A DNA stretch of 64,000 nucleotides. Source: the human T2T-CHM13v2.0 reference genome, Homo sapiens. Below, in pieces: positions 26,851 through 41,439 of the stretch (position 1 is its first letter; every line of letters starts with the position of its first letter). The translations under genes were made by a program, and so were the position numbers. Below the pieces are notes generated by a model. It had not been told where the DNA came from. It made no database searches and saw nothing but the letters and a program-made list of their open reading frames with translations. The DNA lies in the NCBI RefSeq assembly GCF_009914755.1, contig NC_060928.1; one strand, given 5' to 3'.

Positions 26851-27745
26851 GGGAGCAAAGCACATTCAATTCCTGTTTTCAGGGGTTTAGGTTAAGAAGT
26901 TTGGGATTTAATCTGTTGGGTGAAAGGCAGCCCCTTTTTATTTGTTTTAAACAGAGAAGTATTGAGATGAAAACTGACTTGGAGGTAAATAATTCACTAG
27001 TCATGTAGTGGAATATTTGTATAGGGTAGCAACAGCTAAAGGTAATACCAACAAGGGGCTTTATAGCAGAAATGTTAGAATGACTTTCTAGCTAAGAGTG
27101 ATAAAAGATCAAAACTGTGGATCCAAAGGAATGCCCATCATTTGCATGTTTGCCTGAGATCTGAAGTAGTAAAATGGAGAGGAACATCATAGTTAAAAGG
27201 GCACATACTCCTCCTGTGGAATTTTACCTTTTTTGCTTTTTAGACTTCATAGTCATTATCTATATGCACTAAAGAAATAAGAAACCATTTACTGACTTAT
27301 GTCTTAATTCTCCTGAGATTGGACAGTTGATTATAACAACTGAGCAGCAAACTACTTCTATCAAAAGCAAGAATAAACCAGGCAAATCAAAACAATTTGT
27401 GTGAGCCGTTAAATAAGAAAAAAGAGTAAGTTAATGGAAAGAACACAGAGCTGGAAGCTCAGTAAATCTGGCCTGAGTCTTACTGCTGCCATTGCCTCCT
27501 TGAAAAAAAAAATCACTCTTTTCTGGGTCTTAGTGTCTTCCACATGAAGATACAGAACCCAAGGTTTTCAAAAGTCCTCCTCAGTTGATCTCATAGAAGT
27601 AGAAAATAGGATAGTGGTTACCAGAGGCTGGGGGATAGGGGTTAGATGGGAAGAGGGTGGCCAACAGGTACAAAGTTACAGTTCGATAGGAAGAAGAAAT
27701 TCTGGTGTTCTTTCACACACTAGGGTGACTATAGCTAATAACAGT

Positions 27746-28500
<755 letters not shown>

Positions 28501-28744
28501 ATAACTAGAAGAGAATTTTCAATTTATCACCACAAAGAAATGGTAAATGTTTAAAGTGATAGATATGCTAATTACCCCAATTTCATCATTATACAATGCA
28601 CATATGCATTGAAACACCACACTGCACCCCATTAATATGTCATTATGTGTCCACTGTAAATAAAAGTTTAGAAATGTAAAAAAAAAAAGTCCTCCTAGCT
28701 CCCAAATTCCAGAATTCTATTACATAACTCAAAGAGCCATTCCA

Positions 28745-29958
<1,214 letters not shown>

Positions 29959-30032
29959 ATTACTTACATAATTTCACTTACTTACATATTCACTTACCTA
30001 CATAAAATACATATAAGTAACACAGTATTTTT

Positions 30033-30257
30033 CCAGTGGCATGTGGGAGCCAGACATAGGTGCAGCCTACTGTTAAATTTTTAGAAGTATCGAAAGCCAG
30101 TTGACGTTAGGCTATGAAGTTAGAACTGATCATGCTGGGATCATTTGTACCCTATACCTTTTCAAATGCTCCACATAATGCCTTTGTTTTTGAGTTTTAT
30201 TTTGTTTTGTTCGCCTTTGGAAAGCCAGTTTTTAAACATTTATCAGCGCACCACTAG
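30033..30257. mobile_element. MER63A-like hAT-Blackjack MITE
   Basis: ccagtggcatgtgggagcc...tgttaaatttttagaa...aagccagtttttaaacatttatcagcgcaccactag, with terminal inverted repeats. Confidence 0.7.
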
Positions 30258-33094
30258 TCCTCCTTGAGTGGGGTAAGTAAACCAATACTGTTAAACAACA
30301 AAGGTCTTCTGCTTTTGAATTATGATTGGCTCCATGCTAAAAATAGTAGGAATTGTTTCAAAGAGTAATTTAAAACAAATTAGTTACACTTAAAACAATG
30401 TGCAGTGAGATGTCACAAGTAACAAAACTTCCACTCTTTCATGTTATCTTTTCCTGTTGTCTCAAGATAATTTTCATTTATATAAATGAAAGCTACCCAG
30501 AAGCTATAAACCCTAATTCCAAACCTAGCTGGAAATCACAATCAAGACTTCTAGCTATTAATAGAGTGACTTGTCCCCAGTAGGATGTCCCAGGAAGTGA
30601 ATTAGCTTTGCATTAAACATCACCAGGGATAAACAAGAAAACTCACTCTAGAAGCACTGCCAGTGGCTTAACATCAACTCAGAGAAAGAGCTCAAGGCAA
30701 GCTTCACTCCTAATAAATATCTTGATATTGAATCTAAGAGACTCTAAATTTGGTTTGCAAGATTGCCAACACATGTTACAATGCTTCCTGGGGCCCAGCA
30801 CCACCACAGAATCATTCTAAAGAAAGCCAACAGTAGTGGGTGAGAGAAGAGCTTTATATCTGGATTCAGTTTCTCATAAATGAAATAAATGTGTCTTTTT
30901 AAGGCCTTCCGCATGCCTGTTGACAAAAATAAGAAACGCTGCAGATTTACAGGGCAAGAAGACCGAAGTTCCAAGAGTCTTTGTCCCAGAAAAGTTAAAT
31001 ATTTGAAGCTAACTTGTTACAAAATCCTGCCAGAACTCTCCAGACAATAATCAGAATTTGTGTTGAAGAGAGTGACCAAGTACAATAATCTCATGAAGTT
31101 TTGAGCTGCGGATTCTTTTATTTTTCTCACTGTTTTCATCAAATGTACTCTATACAACAGTAAGGATAACAACAAAAATAACTGACGTTATTACTGTTTG
31201 GCACATCATCTGATGTTAGGCAGTGCAAGCCATCTGTTTACCCAAATGTGAGTGTAAATTTTTAAAGAAAAATTTTAAAAGTGAAATTGCTTAAGGACCT
31301 ATGATAGAGATCAAAGCAAATATCTGAAAACTTCTCTCAGTTCAGAAGTGTGAACTTGATGTTATCCAACTGTGTTCAAAATGTGACTTAAACTTCATTT
31401 CCATTTCTAAGAATAATGCCCATAAAATAAGCTAATCATTCATTCCTTTGTGAGCCTATCAAGCTAACAACTGTTAGAAGTATTAATAATATCAGTATTT
31501 TAAAGTGTATACCATTTGTAAATCAACAGCATTTGCTAACTAGTCCTGTAAGAATTACTGGGAAATGGAAAGATAAAAACGTTTTTTTACAATGAAAAAC
31601 ATGTAAAATTGGCAAAATCTTTAGCTCAATAATTAATATCAACATCACATATCTTAGTCCTAAATCTGTTCTTTTCTTCTAATAAATATTATTTTGAGCC
31701 CATCAATAAACATTTCCTGAGATAAGATAAAGGATAAAAGATAGTCTTAAAAATAAGGAAGGCATCAAATAAAACTTTCCAAGTATAATCTTATTCTCTT
31801 TTTGGTATTGGTATTATTGTTATCAATATTGTTAATTATTAACATCATTAAAATGATGCAGGGATTTACTTCTAACAGGAAAATGAACAAGGTTTCTCTC
31901 ATGTTTATGTAAAATTACTATAAAATATGAAGTCTCCTCTATTCTCAGGAAAGAGAATTTTTGATTGTGTGTAGTGATTTTCATTTCTGTTGAAGTAGCT
32001 ATATCTGTTAGTTGGCCAAAAAAATTATAAAGTAAAAATGTTCACTTTGAAATTTGCACGCAAATTTTGCAATAAAAACATTTTTTAACCTGTAAACAAT
32101 TTTTATCTAATGTAGAGGATTTCTGCTGCTGCTACAAAACAAAAAGTAATCACACCAAATACATTAAAGGCGTCACACTAACCAAGCCTGACAGTGCTAG
32201 GATCGGGAATCAGACATAATCTTATTATTTGGCTGTAGTTTGGACAGCTTCTAGGCATGACTTTAAAAACAGAATTTAAAAGATTACTTTCTAAAATGGC
32301 ATTTTCCCATTCAAGCTTCTGTTTCCAATTTGTATTCTCTCTCACACTCCATTTCTCTCCTTACTCCCTTTTCTAACTCAGCCTCTTTTTTCTCCTCTAG
32401 TCACCTTCTTGCTTCTCCTCTAGGCTTCTTGGCCAGCTATTTGTGAAGTCCTGACACACTTCCATGGGATTTCCTGTTTGCCTATTATGAACTAAATGCA
32501 AATTGTCTCAACATTATGCTAACTGTGAAAGACCAGGTTAGAGGATAGCTCACATGTAAAGTCATTGTTGTTTAGTGAAACATTGACATGGGGCCAAATT
32601 TTTCTTAAATGAGTTTACCAAAGGCCGTTATCAAGAAACTAGATCTTAGGAAACATTTATACAAAACATGGTGATAGTGGGAACCAGATGCTTTGGTTTC
32701 TATTACAACACTTTTGGGGGGTGGTTTTTTTTTTTCTGGTATAAAAAGCAAGTTTCCATGCTTTATCATAGACATGTTGCAGTAAGCTGTATCACAGTTT
32801 GCCTCCAGTAATCTGTGGCTGTTCTTAATATAAATGGAGAAGAGCTATGAATTCCAAACTGACATGGTTTCCCTGGTGTGAACGCCAGATTTTTCTCTAA
32901 TCCCAAGATTAGATACTGAAGTGCTGCTTCAATTGTACAATATTATCACATCCTATCACTTGGCCCCATTTCAACCTGGAGCATTTATTGACAATACTTT
33001 CCAAGTTGTTGCTAAGTTGTGAGCTCTCCACCTTATCTGTTGCTCCTTCTACAGTCTTAACTAGCAAGGCTCCCTTAGAGGAAATGTCCTGCGA

Positions 33095-33137
33095 ATACAG
33101 CCACCAGATACAGTCAGATACAGCCAGATACAGCCAG
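33095..33137. repeat. Short 10-bp-period tandem repeat (CAGATACAGC) x~4
   Basis: atacagccaccagatacagtcagatacagccagatacagccag. Confidence 0.85.
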
Positions 33138-33235
33138 CTTGTTTTGGCCTCCTTTAATACGAAAGACCCTTAATAGTTATAAACATTTATTTACTCTCGA
33201 TTTCTTTTTCACGTGGAAGGGTCAGTCTACTTTGA

Positions 33236-33237
<2 letters not shown>

Positions 33238-33270
<33 letters not shown>
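33238..33270. repeat. (TG)n microsatellite
   Basis: Direct reading. Confidence 0.95.
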
Positions 33271-33272
<2 letters not shown>

Positions 33273-33609
33273 ATATGCTAATGTCAAATACCTCTCTCAT
33301 TCTCTGTTTAGATTTCTTACTGACCTCCTGAAAGCCATGTGAAGATATGAAGAATTATTTGTTCTTATTCACAGCTTTATTTTTCCCCTTAAAACATTAC
33401 GTATGTGCATTTCTAGTATAAACAGTGAATTAAGCACTTTAAAATCAGGTAAAAGCCAATACTCTTACAACAGTAGACAATGACGGCAGCAGAAATATCT
33501 AGAGATATGTGATGAGAAAAACACCTCCTGTCAGCTGAAAATAGGACTTTCCAAGCTTCCTGGATCATTGGAGTTTTATAAATACATAATTGCTCACACA
33601 CAAAACACT

Positions 33610-34765
33610 GGGCAACCTTGAATCAGCTTGTCATCTCCACTTGGATATCTCATAAACATCTCAAAAGGAGCAAAAGTGAACTTCACATCATCCCAGAAAA
33701 TTCATTCTTTTGGCAGGATTCTTCAACCTAGTTCCTAGCAACTCCATCCTTCCAGTTGTTTAGACAACAATCCCAAGGTCTTCATTGATTCTCTTTCACT
33801 CTACATCCAATCATTCTACAAATCGTGGGTTTAACACTCAAATCCAACCACTCCTCACCATGACTTTTCCTCTGGTTTTGGCCACTATATGCTCTTACAT
33901 GAGTTTTTGCATTAGCATCTTAACTAGCCTTTAAGCTTTCATCCTTCTCCTTCTTTAAGTCTTTTCTTAACAGAGTAGCCAGTGATTCTTGTTAAAGCAT
34001 TTTAGATTACAGCAATTTTATACTCAAAACTTTCCAATGGTGTCCCTCCCTACTCAGAGAAAAAACAAACAAACAAAAAACCTTACCCATTATAGTGGTC
34101 TTTCAGGCTCTGCAAAATCTGGTCATCATTTCCTACCTACCCTAGGCTTTTCCCACTCACTCCACAGACACAAGTCACTTTCCCACTGCTCCAACACAGA
34201 GGCCATGCTCCCCACTTCATGGGGAACTTAGAAAGTGCCTGGAGCATAGAGCTATTTGGTAAATATGTATGGAATGTTTAAATGTTCTGTATCTATTACA
34301 CATCATTGAGTATGTCATTTGTGTTTGGCTCATTGGCACAGTACTTTTTTTTGATTGGACTAGAATTACTAACAATGGAATAAAACATGAGAAAAAGGAA
34401 AATCCAATTTTATTTATTGGCACTTGCTGTTTGCTGGTACGCCTAATATCCGCCTGGGTCACCCTTGACCTTTTTCAGGTCTCTATTAAAATATGGCCTT
34501 CTCTGGGATGCTTTCTATGACCTGCTTAAAATTTTAAGCCTCACGTATCTCCCTATCCCCTTTCTCTATTTCCATTTTTCTCCTTACAACATTTCACAAT
34601 CTGTCGTACAATCTATTTTCTTATTGACTGTGTTTATTGCCTATCTCCCCTTACTGGAATATAAGTTCCACGAGGATAGGTATGTTGATCTGTTTTGTTT
34701 TCTGCATTATTCTTAGTACTTAGAAAGTGCATGGAGCATAGAGGTCCCCAATAAATACATGGGTG
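33610..34765 (+). mobile_element. L2 3' region interrupted by a ~190-bp local duplication
   Basis: catctccacttggatatctcataaacatctcaaa...ttccaatggtgtccctcc...tggaatataagttccacgaggatagg...cttagaaagtgcatggagcatagaggtccccaataaatac (L2 terminus). Confidence 0.75.
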
Positions 34766-34911
34766 GGGGGGTGGTGATAATGTGTATCTACTGCATGTCA
34801 TTGAGTATGTCGTCTGTGTTTGGCTTGTTGGCATGGTATGTTTTCCGGATTGGAATAGAATTATTAATAATGGAATAAAACTTGAGATAAAGTAAAATAT
34901 GATTTTATTTA
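34226..34911 (+). repeat. Diverged ~190-bp direct repeat pair (34226-34416 and 34718-34911)
   Basis: Both copies read acttagaaagtgc.tggagcatagag...tcattgagtatgtc.t.tgtgtttggct..ttggca...tagaatta.taa.aatggaataaaac.tgaga.aaag.aaaat...attttattta. Confidence 0.9.
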
Positions 34912-35469
34912 ATCTCTGTTAAAATGATGATAATCTATTGATTTCGTTAAAGAAAAATAAAGAATCTACATTTTTGTAAACATAACTGCTATATATACAA
35001 CAGGCTAAATATTCCCAAACGTTAGAATTTCTATGTGTACTTCATCTGTTTTATAAAACGTGTATAATCTGAGGAAGAAAAAATTAAAAATTGTAATGAC
35101 ATACATAATAAATTGAAACAAATATGGAATACTAAAAACTTAAAATGTGCAATATTGAGTTACACATAAAATAACATAATCTGAGGGGCTATAAGATACT
35201 TGCACAGTATACTTCAAAAGTATTTTCATTTAAGTATTTCATACACAAGTATAGCTGAGATATAAACTGGGGGACTCTGCTAGCATTTGGACAGCTTTCT
35301 TTGACCTATGGAAGCTCTAAGTCGTTCTCCAAATTTCAGTTAATTATCAGAGGACTTTGTCCTCAGTTCCTTTCGTCCTCAGCCTTTGGCCTTGTGCCTT
35401 CTGACCAGCTCTCTGACCAGCATTGCACAAAAGTCTCCTTGTAAACAAGGAAACAATCCCTTTTGATAT

Positions 35470-36094
35470 TGTCAGAGGCATCTGAACCAGAGCGACTCCA
35501 TCTTGAATAGGGGCTGGATAAAATGAGGCTGACACCTGCTGGGCTGCATCCCCCAGGAGGTTAGACATTTTTAGCCACAGGATAAGATTGGAGGTCACAA
35601 GATTCAGGTCACAAATACCTCACTGATAAAACAGAATGCAATAAAGAAGCTGGTCAAAACCCGCCAAAATCAAGATGGTGACGAAAGTGACCTCTGGTCT
35701 TCTTCACTGCTCATTACATGCTAACTATAACGTATTAGCATGCTAAAAGACACTCCAACCAGAGCCATGACTTTTACAAATGCCATGGCAATGTCCTGCT
35801 CTATATAGTTTAAAAGCAAGAGGAACCCTCAGTTCCGAGAAATCCCCACCCCTTTCCCGGAAAACTCATGAACAATCTGCCCCTTGTTTAGCATAAGATC
35901 AAGAAATAACCCTAAAAATAGCCAACCAGCAGCCCTTGGGGCTGCTCTGCTTATGGAGTAGCCATTCTTTTGTTCCTTTACTTCTTTAATAAACTTGCTT
36001 TCACGCTACTCTGTGGACTCACCCTGAATTCTTTCTTGCCCAAGATCCAAGAACGTTCTCTTGGGGTCTGAATTGGGAGCCCTTTCTGGTAACA
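35470..36094 (+). mobile_element. MER41B-like ERV1 solo LTR
   Basis: tgtcagaggcatctgaaccagagcgactccatcttgaataggggctgg...aataaacttgctttcac...cctttctggtaaca. 625 bp, with perfect TSD ATAT (35466-69 and 36095-98). Confidence 0.92.
35833..35862. promoter_or_regulatory. Tandem GAS (STAT1) motifs in MER41B
   Basis: TTCCGAGAA (35833-41) and TTCCCGGAA (35854-62) both fit TTCNNNGAA and start 21 bp apart. Function is inferred from the family, not shown. Confidence 0.6.
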
Positions 36095-37371
36095 ATATTA
36101 CTAAAGATTTTAGATTGTCACCTAGCCATGAAGGCTAATGAATGTCTTTGCTAAAATAAAAACATTTCTCTCCACAAGGAAAAATGCTAGTTATAACTGC
36201 TAATAGAAGTTATAGCTATAGCTGCTAATATAAAATAAGTAAAAAGAAAATACGATAAGTATAACTTAGAAGAAGCCAGGAATAAGATTAGTACATAAAA
36301 TGTCTACTGCAAGGTAATTAACAAAGATAACCAACTCTGAATTTTGTCATAACCATTTCAAAGCAGAAACCTAATCAAGTTCATGATTCTGTAGCCATAA
36401 GTTTAAAAATAAAATATTTCAAGGAAACTCAACTATCCATAGTATTACAATCAATAAATGCCTCCTATTTCTTCATTCAAAAGATACTGTGTAATAAGGT
36501 AAGCAGAGTCCTAAAAGACATCTTAAATGAGACAATGCATATAAAAAAATAGGCCAAAAGGCATAAAAGCTGAGGACAATTTAGTCAGAACTAATTATTG
36601 AGGGAAAGAGTAAATTCACTGATTTCTTTGCCACATCACTAGTAGCATGTAGAGTAGCAAGAAATGTTCAACATTTGTTGAAGACAGTTTTTAAAAGTCA
36701 AATGAGTTACTACTTCTCCTTTAGTTCTCTATAATCATAATCACTGTGTGTTCTTCCATAGGCAAGTCAAGACAGTATTAATTTATTCTAAAAAAGAATG
36801 TATTTAAGCTAAATTATTCAATTAATTACATAATTTGGCACCTGAATTATCTTATATTTTAAAACTATAACGTTACAGTGAGTATATAGAATATATACTT
36901 ATATAGAATATAAACTGAGGGAAGAAAAGCATCATAACACAAAGAAGAAATTGATTCTATTTTGGTAAAACACAATACAAAGGAAAAAAGAAGTTACTTT
37001 CGGTTTGTGTCATAGCCCAATCGTATATGTTTGGAATTGTTCCCTGGATGTGAATCTTTTGTATAAAGACATTTGCTAGCTCTTAAGAGAGACAGTGAAA
37101 GAGGCGAAGTAAATATGTGTGTAGAATCTAAGACCTTCTAAATGAAACTAATTCAGTGATTTAAATATAAATGAGTCTAAAACATACGTACTAATTTTCC
37201 TTTAAAATGTACTTTCATGAAAAAAATGAGCTTCACAACTTACAGTGCATCATGTAATGAATGACCTCCCTCAGTTTTAGCCATGTCTACATTGTAATTT
37301 TATTAAAGCCACTTTAGTCTAAACTATATTTTTTCCATCAGCTACATCTGATTAAAAACCTTAGAAAAGGC

Positions 37372-37688
37372 AGCCAGGCATGGTGGCTCACACCTGTAAT
37401 CCCAGCACTTTGGGAGGCTGAGGCGGGCAGATCATCTGAGGTCAGGAGATTGAGACCAACCTAGCCAACATGATGGCAAAACCCCATCTCTACTAAAAAT
37501 ACAAAAATTAGCCGAGCATGGTGGTGAGTGCCTGTAATCCCAGCTACTAGGGAGGCTGAGGCAGGAGAATCGCCTCCCAGGGAGGCAGAAGTTGCAGTGA
37601 GCCAAGATCTTGCCACTGCACTCCAGCCTGGGTGACAGAGCGGGACTCCATCTCAAAAATTAATAAATAAATAAAATAAAAATAAAAA
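37372..37688 (+). mobile_element. AluSx-like
   Basis: Full Alu with an A-rich tail. Degenerate TSD aaaaa..ttagaaa(a)gg. Confidence 0.93.
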
Positions 37689-38279
37689 TTTAGAAAGGAC
37701 TAATGTGAAAATGGGACCAAGGGCCAGAAGCTTGCTGTTATAATTCCATCTCTAATTTTAATTGTACAGGGGTTGGTTTTGTTTTCTTTTGTTGTTTATT
37801 TGTTTGTTTTTGCCTCACAATGCAAATATGAAGAAGGTGACTGAAAAATAATATATACATGATTCAAAAGCTAAATTAGCATACCTTTCCCCTACTTCCT
37901 CTCTTCCAAGTCTCCTTTACATCAGTAAGGACATAGGCTGTTATTTATTCAGTTACAGTTGTTTCCTACTGATATCAGTTCCTTGCCTCAGTTTCCCTAT
38001 GCTCTATTGGTTTTAAATATTTTGAATCAACCCTAGATGAAATTTATGGACAGTAGATATGTTTTAAGTTACTCTTTCAAGAAAAATCTTAGACAGGCCC
38101 AGGGATCCATTTTGCAGGAGAAAAAAAAAAAAAAGAAAAAGAAAGAGAAAGAAAGAACAAAAGAAAATCATGTGTAAGAATTACGGCTGGAACATGAGGC
38201 TCAAGGAAGCTCTACTTGTGAAATAGTTGTACCAATTGGCCTTTCTGCCCATCCCCTCTCATATAGCTTTTATTAACCA

Positions 38280-38365
38280 AAAAAGAAAGAAAAGAAAAGA
38301 AAAGAAAAGGAGAAGAGAAGAGAGGAGAAGAGAGAAGAAGAGAAAAGAAGAAAAGAAAAAAGAAA
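38280..38365. repeat. (AAAAG)n/(GAGAA)n polypurine microsatellite
   Basis: Direct reading. A second A/G run lies at 38119-38167. Confidence 0.9.
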
Positions 38366-38689
38366 CCCAGTGATCATCTCAATTGAAAAAGTGATTAATC
38401 TGCGTGGGCAGACCTAAGTGGGAATGTTGGAGTCTCAACACAAACTTTAACAATTCTGCTTTTTATGGGTCCTTCAGTCAACTCCTTTGTTCCCCACCCT
38501 ATATCACACAGTGAAGCCTGTCAGCCAGCCAATTACACCCTTGTCCCCAGTCAAACTTCTCAATCATGGAAGAGCCCATCTAGAGAAAATTCACAAGAGC
38601 TAGCAGAAATAATTAGTTTGTCCATCATTTTCAAACATGAGCAGACAACCAAAAACCACAAGACATATGGGCAAATCAATTTGAAGAAC

Positions 38690-39070
38690 TTCAATTGATA
38701 GGAGAGGGGAGAAGTTCCTGTCCCAAGCTGGGCAAATTAGCCCCTTCCCTGGGATTTTTGAACATAAGACCAAGAGAATTGGCTCAGTTTATCCTTAGTC
38801 ACTTAAGACAAATCTATGTAAAATCCAGACTTTTTGTTTCCTGTGTTTTTTGTTTTGTTTGCTATGTGGAAAAAACAATAAATCTACAATATGAAAAAAG
38901 AAAATGGGCACTCAGAGAAACACAGAGAACAGAGACAGTTTTGTCAGCATTCAAATTATGTTCTGTTTTATTAATTTCTGAGGCTGAGATACATCCATGC
39001 TTTTCCAGAAGCTTGGCACTTTCATGTAATTTTGCTAAATTTAATTTTTAAGTTAGTTTGAGGTGACTCT
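38690..39070 (+). mobile_element. Possible ancient ERVL LTR (LTR33-like)
   Basis: cccaagctgggcaaattagccccttccctgggattttt...ttctgaggctgagatacatcc...ttaagttagtttgagg. Weak resemblance only. Confidence 0.35.
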
Positions 39071-39612
39071 GAACAAATATAGTGTCTTTGTATATTATCA
39101 AAGTGGATATTATATATTTTTGATAATGCACCAAAATTAAGTAATTCTTTTGAACTTCAGACATAAATGAGATGCAACAAGTCATGAAACTAACTTTGAT
39201 CTACTTACATAACTTATATTTTCCCCTTTACAACTATTAAGATGCTATACACATATTCCAATAGCACTACTGATTCAAAAATGCCCTTGAAGCTGAATTT
39301 TTGTAATTTGTCTTCTCAGCATTTTTTACAGAACCTTAACTTGTTTCAAAGATTCATGGCATTAAAAGTGGTAAATATCATGTTTTCTCAATTTCCATCT
39401 TTATAAGTTAGAACGTGAAATTTTCTCAGGCACACTAAGTATGGGGGTAAATGAAGATCAAACGAGTATGTTTAGCCTCATTCATTCAATGTCTTAGTCG
39501 CTCAACTGAGCAACAGTCACCACTGTGATGTTTTTGACTATTATGCTATAAATGATTTTTTGTATCCATATTGGGCCTTTATTTGAACATGATTATAAAG
39601 TAATAAAGAGCT

Positions 39613-40004
39613 TATATTTGTTTAGGTTGGCTAAGTTATGCTATAGCAACAAACAATCCCAAATTCTCAGAAATAATTTGTCTTTCTTATTTATAGGATA
39701 TACCCAATGTGGGATTGGTGGGGTTGCAGGGCACAGAGGTACTCCATTAAATGCAGTCACTCAAGGACCAGGATAGTGGAGATGATGGTGTTACCATCTT
39801 GTAACTATACCATCTAGAGATGTGGCCTTCTTTGTAACCATGGCAAGGGAAGAGAAAAGACTGGACAATGGACTTTTCACAGCTTTGGGCCAGAATGGCA
39901 TGTGTCATTTCTCCTCACAAAATGTCCACTGGCAAAAATTAGTTTTATGTCTTCCCTAACTACAAGGAGGCTAAGAAATGTAAGAGAACCAATGGAAAAT
40001 TCTG
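39613..40004 (-). mobile_element. MLT1I/J-like MaLR LTR
   Basis: ctaagttatgctatagcaacaaacaatcccaaattctcag...gtcactcaaggaccagg...tgtcatttctcctcaca...cctaactacaaggaggctaagaaatgta. Confidence 0.65.
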
Positions 40005-41439
40005 ACACAGAGCCTGAGGTGATGACACGGCAAATTCACTTCAGAATAACCTTTACTAGCTTCCTATAATCAACAATCCTATATTATACATAATAATGCC
40101 ACTTTTATACTATAAAATAAATTCACTGTTTAAAATATTTGTGACAACTATTCCCAATTATGGGAAAAAAAAATTTACCCCATCAGTAATGTCATGTAAT
40201 TAGAGAAAAGCTTACAAAAAAAGAAATCTAAATGTTTTATATTATCAATATAAAAAATTATAGAAATAATTTAACTGTTTTGTTAAGCAAAAAGTGCAAA
40301 TAAAAAGACTAATATCTTTCCACTATGAATTTTTTTCTATTTTGATTCTGTATAACATACTTAAATTTTATGTAAACATTTTAAATGATCCCAAACCAAA
40401 TGTAAAATATTAGGTTATTTTCAAATTTATTAGTTAGCAATCATATTTTACTTACATAATTTATTTAAAGTAAGTTTAATGCTTTTTAATTTGTTAAATA
40501 AAAACATATTTCATATAATAAACACTACTAAAAATTGAATTATAAATAAGCCCTATAATAAAAACTTTAATAATGCACTGACCAAAAGATTTTTATTTAC
40601 TTAAAATTGTTTCCTATCATGTAACATGGAATTTCTTTTCCAAAATTCCTATTTATTTTTTAAGATAATCTGTAGTGGTATAAATAGATTGCTAGTAGGA
40701 AAAAAAAAAAAGAAAATATACACTTAGATATTGCTAGTATAGAAAAAAATCACTGTGCTGAAACTGGGAAATCTGAGTTCTCAGACTACCTCTGCACTCC
40801 ATTTCCCTTGTCAGTAGATTAAGGGTTTGCTTCACTGAAGACCGCTGTAGTGCAAACAGTGGACCCTCACAACCCTCACACAGCCTTTCATCAGACCGAG
40901 GCTTCACAGCAGAAAGGCACTAAGAGCCTTGCTCAGGCGCAAAGAGCAGTGACAGACCCAAAGAGCAAGTTCCTCTTATTCTGCATCCTTCTGTCCTCTT
41001 CCATACGCTCTTGAATTATTTCTTAGGATTACTGCTTTAGGTAAAAAAGTGAAGCAAAACTCATGAAGAAGAGAATGAACAGGTAAATCAAATTTTATAA
41101 GAAAAATACCAACAACAAAATGCAACAAAATAAGAAAAAAATTGTTTTTACCACAAAGGACTGGTCACTCCAGTCCTGATAGGAGTTTTGATGTGGCATG
41201 AAGAGCTTCACTAGAAATACACGATCTATGTCCTAAAAGTTTGAATAAAACTATAGCAAATTAATCAATGTGGAGAATTTGTCTAAAAAAACTCAAACCC
41301 AGTGTTTGGGTTTTTTTTTTTCTATCAGTGTATCATACTATTGATAGAAAACAATAGTCTTTGTTTCTAGATATTTTATGGGCAATGTTGGAAATTATGG
41401 ATATCATAAGAAACCTCATTAGAAGAATTCAAAATAAAA

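Noticed and set aside
33095-34911. Short repeats and spaced direct repeats as a CRISPR-like array
   Set aside because: There is no series of identical repeats with unique spacers, no cas-like ORFs, and the context is eukaryotic.
40080-40760. Extremely AT-rich stretch as a matrix-attachment or unwinding element
   Set aside because: Composition alone is not evidence in an AT-rich isochore.
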